Assembly (NCBI GenBank): GCA_047495785.1
Contig: JBLDXI010000019.1
Span: 2,976,001-3,040,000 of the forward strand
Reading direction: 5' to 3'
DNA: 64,000 nucleotides
Origin: Lepidodermella squamata
Lineage: Eukaryota; Animalia; Gastrotricha
Shown here: in pieces, positions 45,807-59,117 of the stretch
How positions within the stretch are numbered: the stretch's first letter is position 1
Layout of the letters: the number at the start of each line of letters is the position of its first letter
The notes under the pieces: generated by a model
The model's database searches: none
The model's input: the letters and a program-made list of their open reading frames with translations, nothing else
Told to the model about the DNA's origin: nothing
Made by a program: the position numbers and the translations under genes

Positions 45807-48217
45807 TTATACATTAGTCGATCGTTTTGCAAAAGAACTAGCTTTCAAATTCAAAGATGATGTGCTCATTCTAGGAGGCGGCCTTAGGAAGGAAACAGCC
45901 CACGTTAGCGCCGTAGAAGTCGCAAAAATTAGCAGCATGAAAGCGACAGACGTTTTCTGGTTGCTGATTACAACACTTGGATTATCATTTTGCATGAAAA
46001 CCTCGTTCAGTATGACACCGGCAATCAGCAGAGCCAAAGCGTTTGCAATTCCTATTGAGATGAAGCTGAATTCGGGAAATTTACCCGATTTTGACAGGTG
46101 CGGAACACGAAACACAACCCAATTAGGAGCCATGTAACATGAAGCAAAGCCAGAGTATAGGCTGAGACTGCTGAAAAGTTGCAAGCCTGATAGATCCAAA
46201 CTGAAAACTCGTCTTTAACAATGTCGTAGATTCTGTCATCAACTGAGTTAGAATATGGCCACTGGGATTGAAAGCACTCCAGAGCGCCCTTCTCTCTAAT
46301 TAGCCATGCGACATTCAAAGCTAAGAAGCTTGCCACCAATAACAACAACACCTTAGGTTTGAATTTGTTGGAGCTCGCAATATTTTCGGCAGCTGGTACT
46401 TTAAGCATCGAAGGTCGAATGGAAGTTCGATTCATAGAACCTCTTTGTCCCTTGTGCAATAGAATATATAGAAATGGCCTAGCGACCAAAACACAGCTTA
46501 GAAGAGTTGGACCGATTGTAAAGAGGAACAGCCTAACCTGCCATACAATCACAGAGTCTTCCGGGCTAACCAGCGCCACACTTGAAATCAACGGGACTGG
46601 AACTGCGGAGATTCCAAAAAGTTTGAGATAAACCTCAAATTCGACATTTTCACCCATTTTTCGTATGATTCTGACTATCAGAGGTACGACAAGACCACCG
46701 ATTACCAGCAATACCCAGACGATAGCTATTATGAAGGTTTAAATTGGAATTCCTCCATCAACGATGAGCATGGATGCTCGATCTCTTGGCGGCTGATTGT
46801 CCTCAGTATTCCACAGCAAAGGCCCGATGCTTGGGTCCAAGCGGTAGTCAATGAAGCTGTTTCCAGATGCATTTTCGATGAGATTCGAGAGAGCCATTTT
46901 CTGATGAGGATTGTCCTCCGAAATCCATCGACATATGGCTAAAACGTCGCCTGCAAATTGCTCTGAGATTTTGTTGTACCTAAACTTCCTACCAGTTCTT
47001 AGGCCATCGAACTCAAGATCAATAGCTGATTGGTTAGCAATATCAGACACAAATCTGCTATGCTTCCGAAAATCAGCCATAGGGTATACTTTTTCACGAA
47101 GTTTCCTATCTGTTGAATCCAAAGCATGGATGAGAGCCATTGTCGCATCGTAGCATTGAAACCTCATGTTGTAGTACTGGCCGTGGTAGCCACCGCTTTC
47201 AATTTCATAGGCAGCTTCGAAATCCATTACTTTCTGGGTATGAATCAACGGGGTAGGTTGAGGCAGGACCCAAATAACTTGCTTCGCCTGTTCGGTTATC
47301 ATAGCCCTGGTACAGCCTTGCCACAGTTGCTGGGGCAGAAAGGCTGGAAATACCTCGATGAAATGAAAGAAATTGTACCGAATACCCGTAATCCCCATGG
47401 CGTAGGTATGGCAGTAGAACTGATGCAAAACCTGCACGTTAGTGATCCAAAGGATAACGATTCTAACATCAGTCGATTTGAGAGGCTGCAACTGACTTCG
47501 GTCAGCTAAATCCCAAACTCCGTGGTACCAAGCAACCGTAAGATTCTCCTTGACAGCTGTTTGATACGTATGCTCGGCCGATAGGTAATCGGTAAGATTG
47601 GCTTGGTGGAATAAAATCGCAATTTTCTGCCATTTACCAATATTTTTAATCACGTGAAGATAGGTGAATACGTTGAAGGTCGAAGTTCTTTGGGTAAGGA
47701 ACAAATTTGGGAACTTCTTCCGATCACTCAAAAGTGGAGCAGTACATTTCAGAGATATTCCAACCAAGTCTAAATGGTGGAGGAAGGGCCCAACACCGAG
47801 ATGAAGCCACCCGAGATGAAGCCCAATCCAACTATTGGCGAAAGAATCGATTCGTTACTTTCGCTTCTGTAGAAATTGATGACATGGCTCGGGGCTAAAA
47901 GACCACCTGGGCCTTCATCGCGAAACTCGGCAACAACTTCGTAATTTGGCAGCAATGATTGGTTGCGATTTGCCTCGACAAACGCTATTCTGGAACCCGC
48001 TAAACATTCCGATGCGTTGATTCCAGGATTGGAAGTTCTTTGGTACAGAACTCTTAGTTAATCGAACAGATAATCGAAAATGTTGGAAGCTGCTAGACGG
48101 AGCTGTCTATTCCGGAATAAGCACTCAAGCCTAAAACAAACACATCCGGCGTCTTATGGCTGTGCCACGCAGGCAGGAAGATGAGCAGTGCTAAATTCGC
48201 AATTCCGCTGCTGCATA
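45807..48217 (-). pseudogene. Intronless GABA-B-like class C GPCR, disabled
   Basis: LLPNYEVVAEFRD, LSDRKKFPNLFLT, WQKIAIL, LKSTDVRIV, YDATMALIHALD, PPRD, then TM helices and PEFSFI. Frameshifts near 47768 and 46200, in-frame TAA at 46739-46741. The 5' boundary is approximate. Confidence 0.75.
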
Positions 48218-48657
48218 GTCCGTAGTCTGGTGACGATGAGAATCTAAAATTAGCCTATCACCTATCATCACTGGATCTAGTCTTACTAAGCTAACACGGA
48301 CTTTAGACTTGGCTTGAGTTGCGGAACGGCGCTCTTAACTTCGTTGTCCCAGTTAAAGGGATTATTTTGATTCGTTGAAAATGCTATTGCAATCACCTAT
48401 CACATGGCTCATTGGTTCTTCAGTAAAACACACCTTCGACTATATAAGTCTAAGTGGATTTCCAAGTTAGGCGCTTTCAGAGTCTGATGTTATGCATTCC
48501 GATGAGTTTCAAAAAATGTAGTTACATTGTTAAACAAAAATTGTATCAGACGTGTAACATAGACCATGTTTTACTCATATCTGTAAAAGGAGAGTCACAG
48601 AGATTCGATGGTCTGGAACTAGAGACGATCGACATCCCGCTACTACTACATAGCAGA

Positions 48658-49023
48658 TCATTCGCAAAAGGAAGTTACTCCACCAAAGCGCCTGTAGCAG
48701 TCTCGCTTGCGCTTCTCCTCTCGCGCCATCTTGACAATCCACTGAAGCCCAGAGGCGTCGTTATTGGCTACAAATCGCATGACGAGCTGCTCTGTTAAGT
48801 TCAAGAAATAGTTATGATGAGGCTGAAATATTATAGAGCTCTTACCTAGCTTCTGCTGATTCGTCGAACTACTACTATCTGTGCCTGATTCCAGCTTGTT
48901 CTCACTGTGAATTGAGGTGAATCGATAGGAATTACTCGCGGCTTTGATCTTGGAAGTTGCAGAAGCGGAACTCAGTACGGCAAATAGTAAGCAACAAACA
49001 ATGAGACGGCAGATATACGTCAT
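48658..49023 (-). CDS. Small secreted 2-Cys peptide, divergent family B member (probable intron 48792-48845)
   Basis: Signal peptide, Ser-rich linker, phase-1 GTAAG..AACAG intron, then EQLVMRFVANNDASGLQWIVKMAREEKRKRDCYRRFGGVTSFCE*. Confidence 0.65.
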   Translation of the reverse strand: MTYICRLIVCCLLFAVLSSASATSKIKAASNSYRFTSIHSENKLESGTDSSSSTNQQKLGKSSIIFQPHHNYFLNLTEQLVMRFVANNDASGLQWIVKMAREEKRKRDCYRRFGGVTSFCE

Positions 49024-50553
49024 ATTAGCCTGAGATTGATATGCCGATAACGAAAATGTGACGATTTCACGCAGGTCTCTTGGTTATATCAACCGAAGTT
49101 GAACTCGTTAGTGCTAATGGATATCTTCTCATCATCAGCTCGTTCCGATTTGTTGATTTGATGATCCCGCGCATTCCGGTGTTCTTCCCAGTGACGCCAA
49201 TCTTTTACCTAGAGATTGTCGTAGCACTTGCGTCAAAATCTGCGTGACCACATGATGTAATCTCCAATAATTGACTACTGCTGGCATTATTACCAGGTTG
49301 AAATTATGGCGAGACGATCCAGGACCGATACAAATTATTCATCAAGCTTCGACCCCCGCATCAAAACCCTTGATTGAGGTTTTAATAATGACCTTGTTAA
49401 AAAAGCTCGTCGAAGGTGGTCCAAGTTCGGTTTTTGAAAAAACTCGTTGATTAAAATAAATTTGATTGACAAAACTGGTTAAGATTTATCTTGGTAAAGC
49501 AAAGCATCTCATCATTATGAAACAGAAACAAAATGGGGAACAAAGACATATGTATTTCAACTAAAAGCCGCGACTAAAGGCGTCTGTGTTATAGCGGCTT
49601 GCCAGCCGTTTCTTTGACTTGAATTACGCGGCGCCAGAAGCGTGGTATCTCACCATCGCTATCTTAATCGCAATTGTAATGAGCAACTGCCGTCTTGCTC
49701 GGTACATACAAGTAATTGAGAACGGCGGGTAAAGTGTGTTTTGTTTTTAATTAAAATGTTGCATGAATTAAGAATTAAGAATCACTTATTATTTGCTTAA
49801 AATACAGTTTTCTTTCCGAGATAAGTTAACGTGCCATAGCCATGAAACTTTGATGGGCACGCTGTTTTTAATTTTTGAAATGTTAAAAAAACTTAAAAAA
49901 TTTAAAAAAAATTAAAATTTCCGATTTAAAATTCAAAATAACCAATAGGAATGAAATTAATTAACCATCAATTATCTAAAATTTTCAAATGATTTTCAGG
50001 TGAAGGAGATGATTATAGCTTTTCAGAATTTCGAGAAATTAATTTTTGTGTCATCAATTTAACCTTGAGGTCGCAATCCTATCAAACTCGATTAGGATAT
50101 AATATATTTCAAAATTTTTATAGAAATTGTTTAAAATGCATTTGAGCACATTTTGAGCTTGAAGCCTAAGTCTAAGATTAAACTCCACGAACAAAGTTTT
50201 TCGAGTCAACATGCTCGAAAATTCTTGGTCAAGCCAGGTGGTACTCGTTCTAAATCGACACGCGTTCAATATCTGAACTGGACATGATAATTCTTGAAAC
50301 ATTCAGGTTAATATCTAGTATGTAACAGCAACATTAATGTTTTAACAGTTTTTTAGAATATTTTTACCTAATTTTTCTCTCTCGTTTTGTTAAATTTCTC
50401 GCTAATTTATTCTTAAACGTAAAAAATGCTGAATTTTTTAAATTTTTAACGTAAAGGTTGATTAAATGGTTGATGAATTTAATTAACCCCTTTTATACTG
50501 GTTATCATCCATCACTGGAAGCTTCAACAAATGAACTGAAAGCTGACAATAAC

Positions 50554-52584
50554 ATGCTGAAAATCTATCAACAAATCTGCATTGCTCTACTGCTAGCTGT
50601 GGGCCTGACCGTTTGCTACCTGTTCACCGAGCCGCCGGCTTCATTTTCAACAATCATCGTCTCATCGCGGGAATTTCTGAGCCAACAGAGGTCCAAGCTG
50701 GTTCTAAACTTCCCCGGTCGACTCGCCAATAATGTCGTTGAACCTAAGCGAATTCTTATGTGGACAGGCTATTCGTCGACAAATGGCTGGTCTGGGCTGT
50801 TTAAATACAGAAATCGATCAAGCGAGACCGTTCTGGTCGAGGCATCGGGCAATTCTGGCTACAGGTGTTTATTCACGCGTGACCGAGATTTCTACAACCA
50901 ATCGGATTTGATTGTTTTCAATGCGCAAAATATTGATGTGGACGATATTCCGGACAATAATCTTAGGCAAGATTGGCAAAGATACGCGTTTTTTACCCAA
51001 GAATCGCCGATTCATGACTTGCCGGCACAAACCGCGTGGAATCAGGTGAATTTCAAGATAAAATTCATTGATTTTTCGGTTTTTTAGGATTTTATGTATT
51101 TATTACGAATTATTCTCTAAATTTGTTTTCGAATTTCTCCAGCGAGGGAGGGAAACATTTACTTCCCGATGAATAAAATTGGAAAAAAATTAGGGTGCCA
51201 ACTTTCATACATATTTTTTTCATTAAATTCAAGCTGAAAAGATTAGGGAAATGCCAGATGACTAGTTTTCGGTTTATGAAAAAGAAAAACGGGGTTCCGG
51301 AAGCGTAGTCAATTTTTTTCCGCATGAAAATGGTTATTGGGGAAGCGCAAGGGCCCAAAAATCGAGCTTCGTAGAAACCCGAAACTCGAAATTTCCTAAC
51401 CCTAACCTTAATCCTGAACCCGAACCAAACCCTAAATCTAACCCGAACCCGAACCAGAACCCTGGCACCTAACCCTAACCACTAACCCCAATTCCTAATC
51501 ACAGTTTGGCTGAAAAACACGATTTTATGAAAAAATATGTATGAAGGTTAAAAATTTCATACATAAATATGTATGAAAGTGCACTTCGAAAAAATTATTT
51601 TCACCTGAAATTTAATTTAATTTAATTTACTAAATAAATTTCCATTTTCCACATTTTTTAGAAAAAATCAGGATAATTTTTTGAAAATTATACAAATATT
51701 TTGATCAAATTTAGGATCGAATGGTTGTTCTCTGATTTTTCGTTTCCTATTTTTAGGTAAATGCGATTGGTTTTAACTGGACTATTTCATATTCAAGCTT
51801 ATCAACCGTGACTTTTCCATTCGACGGAATACCATGGCGCCAAAATGCCGAAGAAACTCCTGATCTGGCTCGAAAAATTCAAAAATTTGCATCTGATTTT
51901 AAAAATCGACCCGCTACAGCTTGTTGGCTGGTTTCAAACTGCCGCGGTGAATCGAACCGGAATGCACTAGTATATTCGCTCGTAAAACTGGGCATAAATG
52001 TCGAAATGTGGGGCAGGAAGCCGTGCAAAGGCCTGAAGAACCAATACCGCGGTTCGCCAGATGCTCAAATGAAGAAAAATTGGCGGGAATTCTACGCGAG
52101 ATGCAAATTTGTTTTCGCCTTCGAAAATTCACTCTGTTCTGATTACGTGACTGAAAAATCGTATCGGGCCTTCCGGGCCAGTTATGACTCCGGAGCAATA
52201 CCGGTTGTATTCGGCGGCGGGAATTACAGCGAAATTTTCAAACAAGGCGGCTTCATTGATGTTCAAAATTTCAGAGATATCACGCAGTTAGCTGCATTTT
52301 TAACGAAAATCGCGAACAGCGGGCCGAATGACCCAGATTTGCTGCGGCTTTATGACTGGCAGAAACACGTTGACCCAATTTTCGGCCGGTCACTTGATGG
52401 CTATCGATCACAGCCGTGGCGTGATGTGTGCGGCGCATTATGGCAGGCTGATTTAGAAGCTTACGATTCGAGATTAAAAGCCGAAAATCAGACGGCGCTG
52501 AACTTACAGATTGATGACGTGAGGCCTTACCTCGGTGATTGTAGGTCAAATTTTGATATGAAGCGCTTTCTTGGACTTGTTTGA
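50554..52584 (+). CDS. Alpha-1,3-fucosyltransferase (GT10), intron 51046-51756
   Basis: Type II TM anchor, KRILMWT, CLFTRDR, SDLIVF, TQESP, FNWTISY, WLVSNC, and the alpha3 motif KFVFAFENSLCSDYVTEK. Confidence 0.92.
51195..51584. repeat. Intronic repeat element containing a degenerate (CCTAAC/CCGAAC)n tract (51396-51500)
   Basis: Tract flanked by inverted TTTCATACATATTT / AAATATGTATGAAA. Confidence 0.6.
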
Positions 52585-53206
52585 AAAATAAATAACGAAT
52601 TTTTTCAGAAAAGCGAGTTTTCATGATTAAGCGTAATAATGGCCGGTTTTAACTCAATAAATTAGTAGTAGCTAATGACATTGCGCAGTAGTGCGCTAAA
52701 TAAAAAATCCTCCTTAAGAATGCGTGGTTTTTAATTAGTAAGCCGTTTTCACTTGACAAGTCCGCGCACTTACGCATTTATAATAAGTAGGTCAGTCAAA
52801 TGAAAAAGGTGTTTTCATGCGCGCGCTCTTGCAATGATTCATCGACCTAGCACTCACGTTATTATTAATGAATAATCGACCGCGGCGCGTGTAGTTTTAT
52901 GCTGCGTGCGTGAGATATACAAAAACAACAAAGCAGCATAATAAAGGCCCGAGTGCTGCGCAGCATTTGGCGGCGTGTCTCGCTAAACAAGGTCAGCAGC
53001 TAGAACTAGTCTCGCGATCACTCTTGCTTCTCACTTTCTACTCTATTTCTTCGTTGTTATTCATTTCTTATTGTACAATATTTCTGGGTCATCATAATTT
53101 ATGAACCTTATGATTTTGGTTAGACAAGATATTCGCATTTTCCTATTTATATTTCTCTTCATTTTAGTTAATATTGAGAAGATTTTTTACAAAACTTGCC
53201 GCGAAA

Positions 53207-54241
53207 ATGATGGATCAATCTAACAAGGGATGCTGCTATCAAAACATCGACGAAGAAATCACCCCGTCCGCCAGGCATTGCGTTAAATTTGGATGGGCTC
53301 TATTTCTAGGTAAAGTGTCTTCGTAATAACTGTCATTTCATTAGCTATTTCGTTATTAGATTTGTAGAAATGCCATTGAAAGCCGGTAAATAGAAAATTT
53401 ATTCTATAAAATTCGCGAAATAATAATGTCCAAGATTTTCAAGATCGAATTTGAGAAAATTTTTATTTACCGAAATTATTATCAAATTTTTTTTGCGAAT
53501 CAGTTGGTAATATTTTCATTCTGAGGAGCAATTTCATCGTAATTGAAATGTTCCGTTCGCTTCTAAGGTTTGATTCTTGAGTTTCATTTTTTCAGAAATT
53601 TTGATTTCGAAATTTCAGAGTTTCTTTCCAAGCTTTCCAAGTGCACTAAATTTAGGTTTTGAAAAAAATTAACCAGAATATTATTAAGAAAATTACCTAT
53701 TAATAAGCTAATTTAATTTAATTTTGTTCTTTAAATTTCAGTCTACTCTGTCTACATCTGCCATGCGATGGCTTGCGGCAGCGTCATGTACTGGGTCGAT
53801 CCCGCGGCCTTCGGAACCGTCGCCTTCGTCCTCTACGTCATCATCGTCGCAAGTGGCCCACCCATCGACTACTACCTGCGTTTCCGCCCATTGTACCGAG
53901 CCTTCAACAAAAACAGCGAAGCCGCATCGGCCCGCCGCTACTGGATCATGTTCTTGATCGTCACGGCTGTTACAGCCCTTCTGCTGGTCGGCGATGCTAC
54001 AGGTTTCACGCTTTACACGCCTGGTTTGTATGGCGGTATCAAGAAAATCACGTGTTACATGAACGGCGGTGCCGAATGCCCGTCGACTGGCTACCTGATT
54101 GCTGGCATTATGTACAGTATTAACGGAGCTTGGGCTTCGCTTCAGATTGCTGCCCACATCTATTTGATGATCAAAGTTTACCAGCAGTTCAACAAAACTG
54201 ATACCATTGATCAAACAACGCCCCTTGCCCCGAGGCTGTAA
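53207..54241 (+). CDS. Multi-pass (about 4 TM) membrane protein of unknown family (~200 aa; intron 53310-53741)
   Basis: Exon 1 MMDQSNKGCC...FGWALFL splices in phase 1 into the frame of ORF 53768-54241; four hydrophobic segments. Confidence 0.7.
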
Positions 54242-55128
54242 ATTTGGCGCGGGAACAGTCTTCCGGCAATCATCGATTTGATATACGGCTTATTATTATA
54301 CAATCAAAGCCTCCTCGATCAGCGATTGCTCTTCAATTTGAAGTTGGTGTTCATTTTACTACGAACGAAGGTTTGCTTCTTTCTGGTCTATCCTATGGTT
54401 TCCAACGCGCTAAAAGCCCAATTTATTGGGCATAGTTTGATATTAACTGGCAAGCTTGCAACATCACGAGAAAACAGAAAACAGGGAAATAAGAATTCCT
54501 CATTTCGGCAACCAAGTAACCCAAATAATGACCCAAATCCTTTGGGAACTGCTGGTAGTCCTTGAAAATGTCATTTAGCGCAATTCACAATGTACCGCGT
54601 GTTTGGGGGTAACGTTCGCAGTTGGCAAGGCCGAGGCGGAAAGCCGCAAGAAGCACGGGGGACCCGTTGGTCATAAAATACCCCCCTGGTCCCTAGCTCC
54701 CCCGAGTTCGAGCGAGGCTCCTACATCTGATAGATCTTGCAAGTCATTGTTGGGGCCAAGTGACACGTCAGAGCGCTTAATCTTTGAGACCTTAATTTTA
54801 GACTTTCAGCGCAACGTTTACAGACATTCGTATTAATGAGTCAACTCTCGCATTTTTCGGCTCGCATCTTTGTGCAAACTGTTTCGCCGTTGGGATTTCG
54901 TATGATTCTTTCAATCACAGCTTGCTCGAATGGATGGCAGCCGATTTTTGAATGTTTCTCCAGTCGACAGCATTTCTCGCAGGTGTGATATCGACCAGGC
55001 GTCTGGTGCTGCTAACAACATGGCTTGCAAAACTGAGAAACATCACAGCGTCAGTTGATTGACATCGCAAGTTGAACACATTCGAAGCACATTAATCTGA
55101 ATTTCTCGATCTCTTATTGGAAAATATC

Positions 55129-57458
55129 ATGGATGACGAAATCTTCAAGGAAGAAGTCGATCAAGAAGACGTGCGGAGCGCGCAGGAAGACGTGGTCGAG
55201 GAGGACGAGAACGATGGCGATGAAGTCATCTTGAGCCCGAAGCAGCGCGTCGAAAAAGCCATGTCCATGGCTGCAGCGCGTTTCACCGAGCGCAAGCAAA
55301 TGCAGGAACGAATGAGGCGAGCGTTGAAGTATTTCGCCCGTCTGTTCGGATTCTGCGCAGCCGTCGTAATTTATTCGATAATTGGTGGGCTGTTGTTCGA
55401 ACAGCTTGAAGGCAAAAATGAGGTCGGCCTCTGCAACGTCGTAGGTTTCGCTGAATCTTGATATTCCAAATGGACTTCTGAATTTAATTGTACAGGCTCG
55501 AAGCAAGTACAAGAAAGCTCTTAACGAGGCTGTAAACAGCGTCAATAACATTCGGACGGATTTTACGAAATCACCAGTTGAACGAGAAGAACAATATCGA
55601 GCAATAATGGAATCCTTGAGGTTCGTCTGCCGTTTGAGTTGAATCTATAGAGTGGTACGCTCAAAAACTCTCAAAAGCTGACATTTTTACTTGGAGAGCT
55701 ATCCCTTTTCTAAATATCAGCCTCCTTAAACGGCGACCAGCTAAAAATGTCAAAAGGGTACATTACTTGTACAAAATTTATTTTCAAAACTAACCATAAC
55801 GAGCCCAAACCGACCCTAACCCTAACCCTAACCCTGACCCTGACCCTGGACCTGACCCTAACCTAACCTAATAACCTAACAAACTTCAATTTTGAAAAGT
55901 ATGTACAAATAGGCACTTTATTTCAAAAAATCATTTGAAAACGAATCATTCGCCTCAATCTCAGGCTTAGACTAATGGTTCAATTTTCTGATGCAGGGGT
56001 GCCTATGTTAACTCGACCTGGGATGGAGGTGACTGCGACAAAATGGTATCACATTGGCACGTTGTTAGTGCAAGCGTCTGGTGCTTGACCGTAATTACCA
56101 CGGTGGGATACGGCCACATCGTCCCAGTCACACAATGGGGTCAAATTGTAACTATCGCCTACGCAATCTTCGGCATAACCCTCTCTCTGGTAACTCTGGC
56201 TACTGTCGGGTCATTCTTCGCTGATATCGCACAATTTTCTTACCACATTTTATGTTGCTGTGCGATTTGCCGCAAAGAAAAGCGCATGTTGGATGACAAT
56301 GACAAGAGGCATATCATGCGGTACTACTTCAAGGAGCATTTCAGTGAATTTTATCGCCATAAGTACACCGAGGCGAGTGGAGCTCCGAAGAACGACCCGA
56401 AACGCATAGCTTTCTTCGAAATTTTCGGCCAATCAGGCGATTCTTCTGAAGAAACTATCGACGAGGAAGATCTTAAAATGATGGCTCTGGACAAAATGGA
56501 ACACGTCCCATGGTACCTGTCTCTTCTAATCATCGTTTTCACAGTTATGGCTGGCGGGGCTTATTTCTCGGCTCTTGAGGGCTGGAAGTTTATCGACAGT
56601 GTTTACTTTTCCTTCATCACTGTCGCCACTATCGGATTCGGGGACATATACCCGAGTATTTTCGAGCCGGGGAGAGCTTCAACTCAACTGCGTCTCATCG
56701 CTTGGGCCTTGTTCATTTTCTTTGGCCTAGCGATCATGTCCATGTGCCTCAACATGATTCAGCTCGATGTTGGCAGCAAAATTAGCCACATTATCGCAAT
56801 TTGTACCAATAAGGCAGCGCGCGATGCTGACATTTCTTCCAGCGAATCAAGCGACAATGAAGGTGACGAAACGATGCATGACGCCTATCAAGAGGCCGCT
56901 AGACCGCATTCAGTTCCATTCGCCCTCCTCAAAGCTAAAACTGCATCTAAAGAAGCTCGCCCCGAAGGCGAGGAGCAGAACCAACCACCTGGTGATCCTA
57001 TGATGTTCCCACCGATGCTTGATGAGTTTGGCAATCCAATTCAGCCCCCATTTGATCCTGCAATGTTCCCGCCTATGCTAGACGAGTTTGGCAATCCGAT
57101 GCCGAATCCTTATTTCGATCCGAACATGATGCCTTACGATCCGAATCAATTGATGTTTCCGCCATACGATCCTAACATGCCGCCCCCTCCTGATATGATT
57201 TACGCTCCTCATGATCCTATGCTACAACCTATCAAGCCTATCCACAATCAGCAACAGATCGAACCAGATCAGCCAAAAGCTGAGCCGTCAAAGCCACCTG
57301 TGGCGCCTTTGAGTGCCGCGGCTGACCCAGATGAAGGTGATGATGATGATGATGATGATGATTTTGATGATTCTGAGGACGACGAAAACGACGGAAACAG
57401 GCAACAAGCTACGGACAAGAGCGATCCGAAGACTGTGGGAAACGAGTCGCACGCATGA
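55129..57458 (+). CDS. Two-pore-domain (K2P/TWIK-family) potassium channel; introns 55441-55495 and 55621-55996
   Basis: M1 YSIIGGLLFEQLEG; P1 TVITTVGYGHIVP; M2 YAIFGI; P2 FITVATIGFGDIYP; M4 FIFFGLAIMSMC. Confidence 0.92.
55795..55918 (+). repeat. Degenerate (CCCTAA/CCCTGA)n tract within an intronic repeat
   Basis: Tract followed by TGTACAAATAGGCAC, which also occurs at ~38043 after AACCCTAAACC. Confidence 0.65.
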
Positions 57459-57742
57459 CACTGAGAAAGATCTCTGTATTTTAGAGTGATTTCTATCTCT
57501 AATCTTTTCTGATCTTATAATGTTTTCATACTTCGCTGTCACTGTTAAGAATGGCAAATTGTAGCTCTGCATTCGTTCTCTCGTTTCCATGAAATACATG
57601 CGCAGGTGTTCAATAAACTTGAGTTGAAAGAATGTACGACGAGGCTTTCATTTTTACAATCGTGTTTCAGAATATTTTCTTATATCGACGCGTCGTTACT
57701 GAAGTTAAACTTAAGTCACTGAAGGTATACGGCAGGTGTGAA

Positions 57743-57996
57743 TTTTTTCATCAGACATATGTCGTATTTCATCCGACATCCGACATCCTAAAATGTGACT
57801 TTAATTATCCGACAACAGTTCCCACTCGGAACCAAGTTTCACTGAATTTTCACTGAATGAGGGAACTTCAAGGAAGACTTGGTGATGATCGGCAAAATTT
57901 GAATTTAGGCAAATTTCATGTCGGTTATTTTAAGTCAAATTTTAGGTTGTCGGATGAAATAAGATATATGTCTGATAGAAGATGTCTGATGAAAAA
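57743..57996. mobile_element. Degenerate MITE-like inverted repeat
   Basis: TTTTTCATCAGACATATGTCGTATTTCATCCGACA / TGTCGGATGAAATAAGATATATGTCTGAT...TGTCTGATGAAAAA. Confidence 0.5.
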
Positions 57997-58764
57997 CGTT
58001 TTTTTTCTTTGTGGAGATATATCGGACGCGATCCTAAAGGTTTCAAAACGCGATGAAAACTTGGCGTAGGCGAAAGTCTGTGGGATTAATCAATCTTTGC
58101 TCAATACATTAGACGCGTACATTTCGCCGGAAGTCCCCGCGTTGATTACCTACAAACGACAATGCATTAATGCCGCGTAGACTAAACCATTTTCTTGTAA
58201 GAGGATGCATTGTACATGAGCCAACTACGCGCTCTGTTGCAACGTGTGAAGCAGGCAAATAATGGAAATAAGTGAAGAGGAAAAAGGTCAGCGATAGATA
58301 TAGACAGGGATATATCCTGCACTTTGTCCGGGCGGATTGGTTGAAACATTACCGGGTTCTGGGGGTTTGAATCACTCGCGATTCGCGATCGATAACTATT
58401 TGGACCCTGTCTTACGCGATTTTAGCTGTCGACAACGGACTTATTGTATCGATTTGGACAGCTCATGGTGAGAGATTCGAAATGCTTCTAGCTATAAACC
58501 AGCTATTTGAAATAGTGACAGAGCTTCGAGGTTTCAGTCTGCGTCCTATTTTGAAGATTTTGTATTTACTTGGTACTAGAGATGTAACGCGAGTTTGAAT
58601 ACGGTTTCAAGACGCAAAATGAACAAATTCAACTTCATATTTTTATTCTATTTCTAGTAGCATCAAGAACTTCATAGTATTTAGGGTTGATTTTTGTTCC
58701 ACCGATTTATCCAGATCCAAGAAGCAGCAGGAGCGACGTGGACTATAATAATCATGGACCTTTC

Positions 58765-59117
58765 CTATTCGCTATTCATAACCTTACGAGCAACAGTTTG
58801 TGGTAGAATGTAAAATAGCAGTTTTCCTTCACAGATTTTTCGAGACTTCCATAAATCCAAGCATTTTCGCATTCGGATCTCTTGCTGTGTTGAGCGAATT
58901 ATATGTATGAGACCGATAAGCTTAGACCAATCCTCAGATGCAATCGCTTCAGAAATCGTCAATTCTGCGAGGAAAGAATCGAAAAGTGACGTAAGACGGT
59001 ATTTTGATTGAACTCACTTAGGGATGACTGCTGCGAACTTGAGTTATGCTCGCTAGTTACAAAGATCTTCAAGCTGGATATTAGCATCGCTAAATAACAA
59101 GCCAAAATCAGTTTCAT
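58765..59117 (-). CDS. Small secreted 2-Cys peptide, family B (99 aa; intron 58965-59017)
   Basis: MKLILACYLAMLISSLKIFVTSEHNSSSQQSSL/KLTISEAIASEDW...RMRKCLDLWKSRKICEGKLLFYILPQ... Confidence 0.8.
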
